Notes: generated by a model not told the origin, from the sequence alone. Shown: positions 26,516-35,694, counted from the first letter of the stretch. The stretch is DNA of 64,000 nucleotides from Clostridia bacterium (GCA_045649415.1 JAZRPY010000006.1:14466-78465), one strand, 5' to 3'. Numbers and translations: made by a program.

Positions 26516-26544
26516 TTGCAAAATATTGAAATTTTGGTTATAAT
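26516..26544 (+). promoter_or_regulatory. Sigma-A promoter of acpP
   Basis: TTGCAA - 17 nt - TATAAT. Confidence 0.5.
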
Positions 26545-26605
26545 GTTATAAGATTGAATTATTTTTTAATCTTATGCATAACTCTTTTATGAGGAGGTGA
26601 ACAAG

Positions 26606-26833
26606 ATGGAATTTGAAAAGATAAAGAGTGTATTGGCAGAGCAGCTTGGAATTGACGAGTCAATAATCACAATGAATTCTTCATTTATTGATGATTTGGG
26701 TGCAGACTCTTTGGACATAGTTGAGTTAATTATGGGCTTGGAAACTGAATTTGACATTGAAATTCCTGATGAAGATGCCGAAAAAATATCTACTGTTGGT
26801 GATGCAGTAAATTATATTAAAGAAAGAATATAA
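26606..26833 (+). CDS. acpP: Acyl carrier protein
   Basis: [18 protein letters not shown] carries the phosphopantetheine Ser. ATG 26606 is 8 nt after GAGGAGG. Confidence 0.9.
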   Translation: MEFEKIKSVLAEQLGIDESIITMNSSFIDDLGADSLDIVELIMGLETEFDIEIPDEDAEKISTVGDAVNYIKERI

Positions 26834-26845
26834 ATTGATTGATAG

Positions 26846-26875
26846 CATAGGCTGCCGAGAAATCGGCAGCCTGTG
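26846..26875 (+). other. GC-rich hairpin with a GAAA tetraloop between acpP and rnc (no T-tract)
   Basis: Stem cataggctgccga / tcggcagcctgtg: 13 bp with one G-U pair, loop gaaa. Confidence 0.4.
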
Positions 26876-26964
26876 TAATATTGATGAATAAAATCTGCAG
26901 GTGAGGATCAAAAACGCCTTGCCCGATAACCACTAAAAATTATGAAAGGAACTGATATAAAACA

Positions 26965-27630
26965 ATGAACAAAATAGGCTACAGCTTCAAAAACAAAACG
27001 CTTCTGGATTTAGCTTTAACGCATAGCTCATATGGGAACGAAAACCATTGTCCATGTAATGAGAGATTGGAGTTTTTAGGTGATTCAGTTCTCAGTATAA
27101 TTATAAGTGAGTATTTATTTTTAAATATGCCCGATGTAGATGAGGGAAAGTTATCAAAAGTCCGTGCATCCTTGGTGTGTGAGCAAACTTTGTCCAAATT
27201 TTCAAAGGCTATGAATATAGGCGAGTTAATCAAGCTTGGTAAGGGAGAGGCTACCACAGGAGGAAGAAGCAGAGCGTCAATTTTATCCGATGCCTTTGAG
27301 GCAATTTTAGCGGCAATCTATCTTGATAGTGATATGGCAACTGCAAAAAAATGGGTATTGGAAAAGATGAAGAATATGCTCAAGCTTGCAGTTGAGGGAA
27401 AAACCTACAAGGATTATAAAACAATTCTTCAGGAGCATGTTCAGAAAACCGGGGGAACTATTTCCTATAAGGTTATTTTTGAGTCAGGACCTGACCATAA
27501 CAAAGATTTTCTTGTTGAGGTCATTGTGAATGGTGAGAAAAAAGCATCAGCTCATGGTATGAGCAAAAAGGATGCCGAGCAGAATGCTGCAAAAAAAGTA
27601 TTGGTGGAATTTGGCTATGAAATACTTTAA
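26965..27630 (+). CDS. rnc: Ribonuclease III
   Basis: Signature ERLEFLGDSVL and a C-terminal dsRBD (...SKKDAEQNAAKKVL). Confidence 0.9.
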   Translation: MNKIGYSFKNKTLLDLALTHSSYGNENHCPCNERLEFLGDSVLSIIISEYLFLNMPDVDEGKLSKVRASLVCEQTLSKFSKAMNIGELIKLGKGEATTGGRSRASILSDAFEAILAAIYLDSDMATAKKWVLEKMKNMLKLAVEGKTYKDYKTILQEHVQKTGGTISYKVIFESGPDHNKDFLVEVIVNGEKKASAHGMSKKDAEQNAAKKVLVEFGYEIL

Positions 27631-28627
27631 CATCCCTATTTTTGTGCCACATCTGGGATGCCCATTTGATTGCGTTTTTTGTAATCAACTGAAAATTACA
27701 GGTGCAGACTCGGATGTTGACGAAAAACAGGTAAAAATGCAGATAGAAGAGCATATAAAGATGCTCCCTAAGGACAATTGCGAAATTGAAATTGCCTTCT
27801 TTGGAGGGAGTTTTACGGGAATTGACAGGGAGCTTCAGAAGAGATTATTGTCGGTTGCCTGTGAGTATGTGGGAAGGAATAATATTGTTGGAATAAGAGT
27901 ATCCACTCGTCCCGACTATATCAACGACGATATTTTAAAAATGCTTACCGATTTCAAGGTAAGAACAATCGAGCTTGGAGTACAAAGTATGAAAGAGGAT
28001 GTGCTAATAAACGCCAATCGTGGACACACCCCTCAGGATGTTGAAAAAGCAGTGGAGTGCATTTTAAAATACCCCATCCGTTTAGGACTCCAAATGATGA
28101 CAGGACTCCCCGGTGACGATTTTTCGGGCAGTGTATATACTGCAGAGAGAATAATCGCCCTGAGGCCTGATTTTGTGAGAATTTACCCCACTCTTGTTAT
28201 TGAAAACACAAGACTTTCAAATATGTATAAAGAAGGCAAATATAAGCCACAGACAGTTGATGAGGCAGTAGGGCTTTGTGCAAGGCTTGTGGGGATGTTT
28301 GAGAGCGCAGGAATAAGGGTTATCCGTGTGGGCCTACAAAACACCGAGGAGATTTGTGAAAACGGGTCGGTTGTTGCAGGGCCATTTCATAGTGCCTTTG
28401 GTGAGCTTGTGGAGTCAAGGTTATTTTATGAGAAAATAGAAAAAGCAGTTGAGGATATAGAGGAAGAAAATATTGAAATCTATGTTAATTCAAAAGAGGT
28501 TTCCAAGGTAGTAGGTCAGAAAAGAGAGAATATAGAAAAAGCAAAAAATGTGCTATCAAAAAACATTGTGATAAAGGGTAGAGATATAGTAAATAAGGGA
28601 GAAATAAAAATAAACAAAAGGTGGTGA
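27617..28627 (+). CDS. Radical SAM protein (ELP3-like radical SAM domain, COG1243 type)
   Basis: IPIFVPHLGCPFDCVFCNQ gives a CxxxCxxC cluster. The start overlaps the rnc 3' end. Confidence 0.6.
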   Translation: MKYFNIPIFVPHLGCPFDCVFCNQLKITGADSDVDEKQVKMQIEEHIKMLPKDNCEIEIAFFGGSFTGIDRELQKRLLSVACEYVGRNNIVGIRVSTRPDYINDDILKMLTDFKVRTIELGVQSMKEDVLINANRGHTPQDVEKAVECILKYPIRLGLQMMTGLPGDDFSGSVYTAERIIALRPDFVRIYPTLVIENTRLSNMYKEGKYKPQTVDEAVGLCARLVGMFESAGIRVIRVGLQNTEEICENGSVVAGPFHSAFGELVESRLFYEKIEKAVEDIEEENIEIYVNSKEVSKVVGQKRENIEKAKNVLSKNIVIKGRDIVNKGEIKINKRW

Positions 28628-28633
28628 GAAGGC

Positions 28634-31600
28634 GTGTATCTTAAAAGAATAGAGCTTCAGGGCTTTAAATCCTTTGCCGACAAAACAGTTTTAGATTTCG
28701 GTCATGGAGTCACATCCATTGTAGGACCAAATGGTAGTGGTAAATCCAATATAGCCGATGCAATTCGTTGGGTAATGGGTGAAATGAGTGTTAAATCCCT
28801 GCGTGGCTCTAATATGCAGGATGTCATTTTCGCAGGCACAGAAAGCAGAAAAGCAGTAAACTTTGCAGAGGTAAGTCTTGTGCTTGACAACTCAACCAGA
28901 CTTTTCCCTATTGAATTTGATGAAGTAATGGTTACAAGACGAGTTTTCCGTTCGGGCGAAAGTGTGTATCAGATCAATCGTGCCAACTGCAGATTGAAGG
29001 ACATTGTTGAGCTATTTATGGACACAGGTATCGGCAGAGATGGATATTCCATGATAGGTCAGGGTAATGTGGCACAGATTTTATCTACCAAGGCTGAGGA
29101 CAGAAGAACATTTTTTGAAGAGGCTGCAGGTGTTTCCAAATTCAAGCATAGGAAAGACGAGGCAATGAAAAAGCTTGGCCAGGTGAACGACAATCTTATA
29201 AGAATTAACGATATTGTTATTGAGCTTGAAAGCCAATTAAAGCCATTGGAAAATCAATCTAAAAAGGCACACAAATATCTGCTTTTGTATGGGGAATACA
29301 AGGGTTTAGATGTTAGTATGTGTCTTATCAACCTTGAAAAAAACAAGGAGCTTTTGGAAAAAGCGAAGGAAGAATATAAGGCTGTTGAGGATGAGATAAA
29401 CGACTTAAAATCAAAGGAAAGTGAAATTGAGCAAAAGAGAAATGCACTTTATGAGGAAAGCACTAAAAAGGACGAGGAGCAGGCATTAAAAAATAGTGAG
29501 CTTATCTCAAATGAGAGTGCAAGTATGTCGGCTGCGAATGAGATTTCCATTGCAGAGAATGACATAAAAAATAATTTTGCTATGTCGGAGAGAATCGACA
29601 GGGAAATTTTAGCGATTGAAAAGGAAACAAAGCAGGCAGAGGCTCAGATTGAGGAGTTATTAAAGCAGATTGACGAGCTAACCCAAAAATCTCAGGAGCT
29701 TTTAAAGGGCTTTGAATCAATTCAGGACGAAAATGACAGGATATATAACAAAATCAATGGTTGTCGTGAGGAAAGCGAAGGGTTAAAGGCAGAAATTATT
29801 GAGCTTATGAACCTATCAGCTGCCGAAAAAGCTAAAATGGCAGGTATGGAGTCCTCAAGGCAGAGCATCATCGAACGCCGTGAGGTTGTGGAATTAGAGA
29901 GAAAAAGCCATGGTATGAGCATTGAGAATATCAAGGCAGAATATGATAAGGTGACCTCTGACATCAGTGAAAAGTCAAAAAAATGTGGTGAGCTTCAGGA
30001 GAGCATTGAAACGCTTGAGAGGGATTCAAAAGCTAAGAGAGATGAATATGAGCTGTCAAGAAGAAAGGCCGATGAAATCAGCGTCAGCTTAAATTCCAAA
30101 ACCTCACAAAAACGACTTTTAGAGGGAATGGAAAATTCGTATGAGGGCTATGCAAAAAGTGTCAAGGCAGTTTTGCAGGCTCAGGAATTGAAAAAACTAA
30201 GTATTTATGGCACATTGTCAGGCTTGATAGATGTTGATAAAAAGTATATCACAGCTATCGAAACAGCACTTGGCGGGGCAATGCAGAATATAGTTGTTCA
30301 GGACGAGGAGGACGCTAAAGAAGCTATAAGCTTCTTAAGACGCACCCATCAGGGAAGGGCAACCTTCCTGCCTGTCAGCTCTGTAACAGGCAAGAAATTG
30401 GCAGAGGAAAAAGAGGTTGCCGAGTGTAGTGGTTTTATCGGAATTGCCTCCGACCTTGTTGGGTTCGACAAAAAGTATGATTCAATCATAAAGAATTTAT
30501 TGGGCAGAGTTGTGGTTGTGGATAACATTGACAATGGTATAGCCCTGAGCAAAAAATTTGGATACAAATTTAAAACTGTCACATTAGAGGGCGACACATT
30601 AAATGCAGGTGGCTCAATGTCGGGTGGAAGCATGAATAAGGCGGCAGGCTTTTTGTCCCGTGCAGGTGAAATTAAGGAGCTTGGCAAAGAAATTCTTTCA
30701 CTCACACAGGAGCAAAAGTCAATTCTTGAGAAAAATGAGGGTCTTGAAAGAGATATTAAGAACCTTGAAACTCAGCTTGAAACCTATCGACCTTTGTGGA
30801 GAGAGTATGAAAATGAGCTTTTGGTGTTAGAAAATACCAAGGAGCATCTTTCAAAAACTCTTGAAAATAGCGATTCATCCGAAAAGGCATTTTCAAAGGA
30901 GCTTGAGGAGATTGAAAAGCAATTAGCAGCAAGTGGTGAGGAAATTGCACTCCTTATTGCATCTGCAAGAAAGCTTGAAAATCAAATCAATGACAAAAAC
31001 AAGCTTGTTTTAGAAAAGGAAGAGGAATATGAAGCACTTGTTCTTGAAAAGGAAACTAAGAGTCGTGAAATAATGGACGAAACTGTGAACTTAAAGGAGC
31101 TTGAGCATAATATCCAGACAAGCAGAGTATCCATAGAGGAGCTTGAAGAGAAAATTAAATCCAATAAATTGGCAATAGATGAAAAACAAAAGGACAAGCT
31201 ATATATTGCCGAGGAGAATAAGCTATTAGAGGAAAAGGTAGCTCAGAAAAAAGCAGAAATTGAAAAAATTAAGGAAACCTCCGAGGAAATCAAGGCAAAA
31301 ATTGTTGAGATTGAAAAGGAAAAGGCAGATATAGTAGAAATTTTAAAGAAAATCCAGAGCAACAATAAGGATGTTACTGACAGAATGATTTTGTTGCAAC
31401 AGGAATTATCCCGAGCAGAGAACAAGCAGTTAAAAATCAGTGGTGAAACTGAGAATATCATAAATCGTTTGTGGGATGATTATGAATTGACTACCTCAAC
31501 TGCCGAGGAGATTAAGCAAAATATTGAAAATGAAAAGGAAGCAGCACAGAAGGTTGCAGAATTGAGAGGACAAATCAAGGCTCTTGGCAGTGTAAATGTT

Positions 31601-32200
31601 GATGCTATTGAGGAGTTCAAGCAGGTATCGGAAAGATATGAATTCTTAACAGCCCAGAGAAATGACCTTGAAAAGTCAAGAGCAGACCTCAATAAAGTAA
31701 TTGAATCTACTCAGGATCTTATGGAGGAGCACTTCAAAAAGCAATTTGAGGAGATAAACAAGAGCTTTGCACATGTGTTTAGCGAGCTATTTGGTGGTGG
31801 AACAGGATCACTTTCCCTGTCCGACCCTGAAAATGTTATGGACAGCGGTATTGAAATCAAGGCTCAGCTTCCGGGTAAGAGTATGCAACACCTGAGCTTA
31901 TATTCGGGTGGTGAAAAGTCATTCATAGCAATTGCGTTGTTGTTTGCTATTCTTGAGGTTAAGCCGACTCCGTTCTGCATTTTGGACGAAATCGATGCAG
32001 CACTTGATGATGTTAATGTTTCAAGATTTGCAACCTATTTGAAGAACTACCTATCCCAGACACAGTTCGTTGTTATCACCCACAGGCGTGGTACGATGGA
32101 GGCTGCCAATATTATGTATGGTGTAACCATGCAGGAAAAGGGCGTTTCAAAGCTATTGTCTTTGGAGATAGATGATGTGGATGACGAAATGCTTGAATAG
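28634..32200 (+). CDS. smc: Chromosome partition protein SMC
   Basis: Walker A GPNGSGKSN, long coiled coils, a hinge, and C-terminal LSGGEK...ILDEIDAALD. GTG start. Confidence 0.95.
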   Translation: MYLKRIELQGFKSFADKTVLDFGHGVTSIVGPNGSGKSNIADAIRWVMGEMSVKSLRGSNMQDVIFAGTESRKAVNFAEVSLVLDNSTRLFPIEFDEVMVTRRVFRSGESVYQINRANCRLKDIVELFMDTGIGRDGYSMIGQGNVAQILSTKAEDRRTFFEEAAGVSKFKHRKDEAMKKLGQVNDNLIRINDIVIELESQLKPLENQSKKAHKYLLLYGEYKGLDVSMCLINLEKNKELLEKAKEEYKAVEDEINDLKSKESEIEQKRNALYEESTKKDEEQALKNSELISNESASMSAANEISIAENDIKNNFAMSERIDREILAIEKETKQAEAQIEELLKQIDELTQKSQELLKGFESIQDENDRIYNKINGCREESEGLKAEIIELMNLSAAEKAKMAGMESSRQSIIERREVVELERKSHGMSIENIKAEYDKVTSDISEKSKKCGELQESIETLERDSKAKRDEYELSRRKADEISVSLNSKTSQKRLLEGMENSYEGYAKSVKAVLQAQELKKLSIYGTLSGLIDVDKKYITAIETALGGAMQNIVVQDEEDAKEAISFLRRTHQGRATFLPVSSVTGKKLAEEKEVAECSGFIGIASDLVGFDKKYDSIIKNLLGRVVVVDNIDNGIALSKKFGYKFKTVTLEGDTLNAGGSMSGGSMNKAAGFLSRAGEIKELGKEILSLTQEQKSILEKNEGLERDIKNLETQLETYRPLWREYENELLVLENTKEHLSKTLENSDSSEKAFSKELEEIEKQLAASGEEIALLIASARKLENQINDKNKLVLEKEEEYEALVLEKETKSREIMDETVNLKELEHNIQTSRVSIEELEEKIKSNKLAIDEKQKDKLYIAEENKLLEEKVAQKKAEIEKIKETSEEIKAKIVEIEKEKADIVEILKKIQSNNKDVTDRMILLQQELSRAENKQLKISGETENIINRLWDDYELTTSTAEEIKQNIENEKEAAQKVAELRGQIKALGSVNVDAIEEFKQVSERYEFLTAQRNDLEKSRADLNKVIESTQDLMEEHFKKQFEEINKSFAHVFSELFGGGTGSLSLSDPENVMDSGIEIKAQLPGKSMQHLSLYSGGEKSFIAIALLFAILEVKPTPFCILDEIDAALDDVNVSRFATYLKNYLSQTQFVVITHRRGTMEAANIMYGVTMQEKGVSKLLSLEIDDVDDEMLE

Positions 32201-32219
32201 TCATTGAAAGGAAAGAAAA

Positions 32220-33128
32220 ATGGGATTTTTTGATAAGCTGAAGCAAGGCGTGGGTAAAACAAAAGAAGCTATTGAGAACCAGGTAAATATGGTGTTCAAG
32301 GTGTTTGTAAAGGTCGATGAGGAGTTTTTTGAGGAGCTTGAAGAGGCTCTTATACTGGCAGATATAGGAGTTGAAACCTCTTGTGCTATTATAGAAATTC
32401 TTCGTGACAGGGTAAAGGAAAAGCGTCTTAGCGAGGCAGAACAAATAAAAGAGGAGCTAAAAGCAGTAATAACCGATATATTAGTGTCGGTGGATACCTC
32501 TATGCATATTGACACCAAGCCATCTGTTGTGCTTGTGATTGGCGTTAATGGAGTCGGGAAAACCACAAGTATTGGTAAATTAGCAGCTCACTATAAGCAA
32601 AACAGTAAAAAGGTATTGCTTGCGGCTGCTGACACCTTCAGGGCAGCGGCTATTGACCAGTTGGATATCTGGGCAGAAAGATGTGGCTGCGATATAATCA
32701 AGCAACAGGAGAATAGTGACCCTGCAGCAGTTGTGTTCGACGCTTGTCGTGCTGCAAAGGCAAGAGAGGTTGACCTTTTAATCTGCGATACTGCAGGCAG
32801 ACTGCACAACAAGAAAAATCTTATGGCAGAGCTTGAAAAAATCTCACGAGTGATTGAAAGAGAGCTGCCTGAGGCAAACAAGGAAATTCTGTTGGTGCTT
32901 GATGCAACAACAGGTCAGAATGCAACGAGTCAGGTAAAGCAATTCTGCGAGGTTGCGGATATCACGGGAATTATACTCACCAAGCTTGACGGAACTGCAA
33001 AGGGTGGAATAGTGATTTCCATATCACAGAGTGAAAAAATTCCGGTTAAATTTGTGGGAGTTGGAGAGGGTATTGACGACTTACAGGAATTTAATCCTGA
33101 GGAATTTTCAAAAGCAATATTTGATTAA
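32220..33128 (+). CDS. ftsY: Signal recognition particle receptor FtsY
   Basis: GVNGVGKTTSIGKLA, DTAGRL and TKLDGTAKGG motifs. Confidence 0.95.
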   Translation: MGFFDKLKQGVGKTKEAIENQVNMVFKVFVKVDEEFFEELEEALILADIGVETSCAIIEILRDRVKEKRLSEAEQIKEELKAVITDILVSVDTSMHIDTKPSVVLVIGVNGVGKTTSIGKLAAHYKQNSKKVLLAAADTFRAAAIDQLDIWAERCGCDIIKQQENSDPAAVVFDACRAAKAREVDLLICDTAGRLHNKKNLMAELEKISRVIERELPEANKEILLVLDATTGQNATSQVKQFCEVADITGIILTKLDGTAKGGIVISISQSEKIPVKFVGVGEGIDDLQEFNPEEFSKAIFD

Positions 33129-33134
33129 AAAAAA

Positions 33135-33172
33135 CTCCTTTGCGAAAGGAAAATTCACCCTTCGCAAAGGAG
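33135..33172. terminator. Bidirectional terminator (ftsY and the small minus-strand ORF)
   Basis: Stem ctcctttgcgaa/ttcgcaaaggag (12 bp), with an A7 run upstream and a T6 run downstream. Confidence 0.8.
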
Positions 33173-33184
33173 CTTTTTTATACT

Positions 33185-33331
33185 TTAGCAGCAGTTGTTA
33201 TTATTGTTGCAACAACCGTTACCAAACAAGCTTCCACCGTCGCAGTAGAAAAGAATAAAGATGACAACAATCAATATCCAAATCCATGAAGAATCGTCGT
33301 TGCCACAACCACATCCACTAAATAAACCCAT
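33185..33331 (-). CDS. Small (48 aa) Cys/Gly/Asn-rich single-TM peptide, possibly YjcZ/TIGR01732-like sporulation peptide; not in the supplied ORF track
   Basis: Minus-strand AAGGAGGA, 7 nt, then ATG. Translation: MGLFSGCGCGNDDSSWIWILIVVIFILFYCDGGSLFGNGCCNNNNNCC. It ends 12 nt before the bidirectional terminator. Confidence 0.6.
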   Translation of the reverse strand: MGLFSGCGCGNDDSSWIWILIVVIFILFYCDGGSLFGNGCCNNNNNCC

Positions 33332-33580
33332 AATAATATCCTCCTTGAAAAAGATTATAACAAAATGTTATACTACACTGTATTCAAAAAGGTTAAATGT
33401 GGTTACAAGAAGAAGCTTCCGGGGGAGAAAATATTTTAATTTTATAGTTTAAAACCTGTCAGGTATTTCCAAGACAGATAGTATAACAGATATCGATAAA
33501 ATCTGTAAATAAGTGATGCGAGTCGCTCTCACACGCCAAAGGCGTACATCACAGACTATAGTTTTGCATCACTAAAAAAA

Positions 33581-33605
33581 GTCACCTTTGATTATCAAAG
33601 GTGAC
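33581..33605 (-). terminator. Terminator downstream of tRNA-Leu (bidirectional hairpin)
   Basis: Stem gtcacctttga/tcaaaggtgac flanked by A7 and T6 runs. Confidence 0.75.
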
Positions 33606-33613
33606 TTTTTTAT

Positions 33614-33700
33614 TGGTGCCGGTGGTCGGGGTCGAACCGACACGGTATCGCTACCACGGGATTTTGAGTCCCGCGCGTCTGCCAATTCCACCACACCGGC
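33614..33700 (-). tRNA. tRNA-Leu (anticodon CAA), CCA encoded
   Basis: Manual fold: acceptor GCCGGTG/CACCGGC; anticodon stem CGGGA/TCCCG with loop CT-CAA-AA; long variable arm GGTA-GCGA-TACC; T-arm GTCGG-TTCGACC-CCGAC; 3' ACCA. Confidence 0.95.
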
Positions 33701-33717
33701 AAATTGAGTACTCAAAT

Positions 33718-33746
33718 ATAATACCACAAAAGCTTTAATATGTCAA
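33718..33746 (-). promoter_or_regulatory. Sigma-A promoter of tRNA-Leu
   Basis: Minus strand TTGACA - 17 nt - TATTAT, about 18 nt upstream of the tRNA 5' end. Confidence 0.6.
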
Positions 33747-33802
33747 CACTTTTTTCAAAAATAAAATCATAAAAGAGATATGAACAATAATATAACAAAA
33801 AT

Positions 33803-33811
33803 CATACTATA
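33803..33811 (+). promoter_or_regulatory. Candidate sigma-K-type -10 element upstream of dpaA
   Basis: CATACTATA fits CATAnnnTA. In B. subtilis spoVF is sigma-K dependent (established knowledge). This is a motif match only. Confidence 0.3.
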
Positions 33812-33856
33812 TAGCATAGGCAAAGAGCCTTATTTAAAATAAAAGGGGAGAGGAAA

Positions 33857-34717
33857 TTGAGAATTTCTGTTATAGGTGGAGATTTAAGGCAGATAACGCT
33901 TGCCTCGCTTTTAAAAAAGGATGGGCATAATGTTGAAATATTTGGATTTGATAAGGAAATAGACACTCTTGATTTAAAGAGTAAAGATTCTTTAAAATCG
34001 GTAGCAGATGCAGATGTGGTTGTTTTACCTCTGCCGATTTCCTATGATAATGTCACCATAAATGCACCTTTTTCAGATAAACAAATTTTTTTAAATGAGC
34101 TATTGGAAGGTCTAAAAAAGGATGCAATTATATTCGGAGGAAGGTTCACAGAGGGGATAAAAAAGCTGTTTGGTGAAAAGAGCATACGCCTTTTTGACTA
34201 TTTTGAAAGGGAGGAGCTCAGTGTTTTAAATGCCATTCCAACAGCTGAGGGTGCAATAGAAATTGCTATGTCAGAAACTGCATACACGCTACATAAAAGT
34301 AAATGCCTTGTTATAGGCTACGGAAGAATTTCCAAGGTGCTTGCAAGGCTTTTGAAGGCATTTGGTGCAGAGGTTTGTGTGTCGGCAAGAAAGCCCTCTG
34401 ACCTTGCATGGATAGAAGTTAATGGATATATAGGAATTAACACAAGCAATATTAAAGATGTTGTTAATGATTTCGGGATAATATTTAACACTGTACCCTC
34501 TAAAGTCCTTGACGAAGAGGCGTTATTAAGGGTGGAGAAAAACGCCCTCATTATTGACCTTTCCTCAAAACCAGGAGGGGTGGACTTTAAGAAGGCGACA
34601 GAGCTTGGATTAAAGGTTATATGGGCGTTGAGTCTGCCGGGGAAGGTAGCACCTATAACCTCAGGGGAAATAATAAAGAATACCATTATAAATATATTAA
34701 ATGAAATGGAGGGATAA
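33857..34717 (+). CDS. dpaA: Dipicolinate synthase subunit A
   Basis: MRISVIGGDLRQ... N-terminus and a Rossmann domain (VIGYGRISK). It is followed by dpaB. TTG start after GGGGAGAGG. Confidence 0.85.
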   Translation: MRISVIGGDLRQITLASLLKKDGHNVEIFGFDKEIDTLDLKSKDSLKSVADADVVVLPLPISYDNVTINAPFSDKQIFLNELLEGLKKDAIIFGGRFTEGIKKLFGEKSIRLFDYFEREELSVLNAIPTAEGAIEIAMSETAYTLHKSKCLVIGYGRISKVLARLLKAFGAEVCVSARKPSDLAWIEVNGYIGINTSNIKDVVNDFGIIFNTVPSKVLDEEALLRVEKNALIIDLSSKPGGVDFKKATELGLKVIWALSLPGKVAPITSGEIIKNTIINILNEMEG

Positions 34718-34720
34718 TAA

Positions 34721-35302
34721 GTGGAGCTTAGTGGGAAAAAGGTGGGATTTGCCATAACAGGCTCGTTTTGCACCTTTAAAAAGGTGATCGAGGAGCTTGA
34801 AGCTCTTGTTTTGCTAGGCGCAGAAATTGTGCCTATAATGAGCAATATAGCCTGTTCCACCGACACAAGATTCGGGCGTGCCGAGGACTTTTGTAACAGA
34901 ATAAGAGAGCTGACAGGTAAGGAAATTATAACAACTGTAAAGCAAGCAGAGCCTATCGGACCGAAGGGGTATTTAGACCTTTTAATTGTTGCTCCCTGCA
35001 CAGGGAACACTCTGGCAAAGCTATCGTCAGGAACTACGGATACCTCAGTTACTATGGCGGCAAAAGCGCATCTGAGAAATCAAAAGCCTGTTTTATTGGC
35101 AGTATCCAGCAATGACGGACTTTCTAATGCGGCAAAGAATATTGGTGCATTGTTAAACTATAAGAATGTATTTTTTGTGCCCTTTGGTCAGGACGATTAT
35201 ATAAACAAACCAACCTCTTTGGTTGCAGATATGACCAAAATTAAGGAATCGGCAGAATATGCCTTGGAATTCAGACAATTACAGCCAATTCTGAGCTGTT
35301 AA
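34721..35302 (+). CDS. dpaB: Dipicolinate synthase subunit B (flavoprotein)
   Basis: GKKVGFAITGSFCTF...APCTGNTLAKL is a flavoprotein motif. GTG start after GGAGGG. Confidence 0.85.
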   Translation: MELSGKKVGFAITGSFCTFKKVIEELEALVLLGAEIVPIMSNIACSTDTRFGRAEDFCNRIRELTGKEIITTVKQAEPIGPKGYLDLLIVAPCTGNTLAKLSSGTTDTSVTMAAKAHLRNQKPVLLAVSSNDGLSNAAKNIGALLNYKNVFFVPFGQDDYINKPTSLVADMTKIKESAEYALEFRQLQPILSC

Positions 35303-35305
35303 TAT

Positions 35306-35346
35306 AAAAAAGGAAGGTGCCAATAAAATTGACACCTTCCTTTTTA
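35306..35346 (+). terminator. Rho-independent terminator after dpaB
   Basis: Stem aaaaaggaaggtg/caccttccttttt. Confidence 0.8.
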
Positions 35347-35550
35347 AATGACATCCCACAATTTACTGGTTGTGGAGGAACCAAATTATCTATGTACCCG
35401 AGAATAAAAGAAAAATACCCACAAAATCTCCCTGTCCCGAGTGCGAAGATATAAATCTGACGAGATAATCTTACCAAAAACACAAGACTAATTCAACCAA
35501 CAAGCACCCTTTTCTACACTTGACTTTGGGGTGTGGGAAAATTGAAAAAA

Positions 35551-35625
35551 AGAAGCTTTCATTTTGTGTCATCGGGATTTAACAGGAAAAATCACACGAG
35601 GATTTTTGACACAAAATGGAAGCTT
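35551..35625. terminator. Long-stem, large-loop bidirectional hairpin (terminator of the minus-strand phosphoesterase gene; possible 3' end of a plus-strand transcript)
   Basis: Arms agctttcattttgtgtca / tgacacaaaatggaagct (18 bp, one G-U) with a loop of about 35 nt. An A7 run precedes it and a T7 run lies just downstream. Confidence 0.5.
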
Positions 35626-35694
35626 ATAATTTTTTTAAAACAAAATTTTCACTATTTTGGAAATTTTGTACACTTTGCACATAGTTAAAAATTT

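Noticed and set aside
33031-33452. Two plus-strand ORFs (33031..33258 and 33261..33452) in the ftsY-tRNA spacer.
   Set aside because: The first overlaps the ftsY 3' end and runs through the terminator. Both lack an RBS. The opposite strand carries a far better small gene with RBS, ATG and terminator (33185..33331).
34318-35010. A 230-aa ORF on the minus strand.
   Set aside because: It is entirely antisense to the well-supported dpaA/dpaB genes. It has a low-complexity Ser/Pro/Ile-rich translation, no RBS and no recognisable motif. It is a typical shadow ORF.
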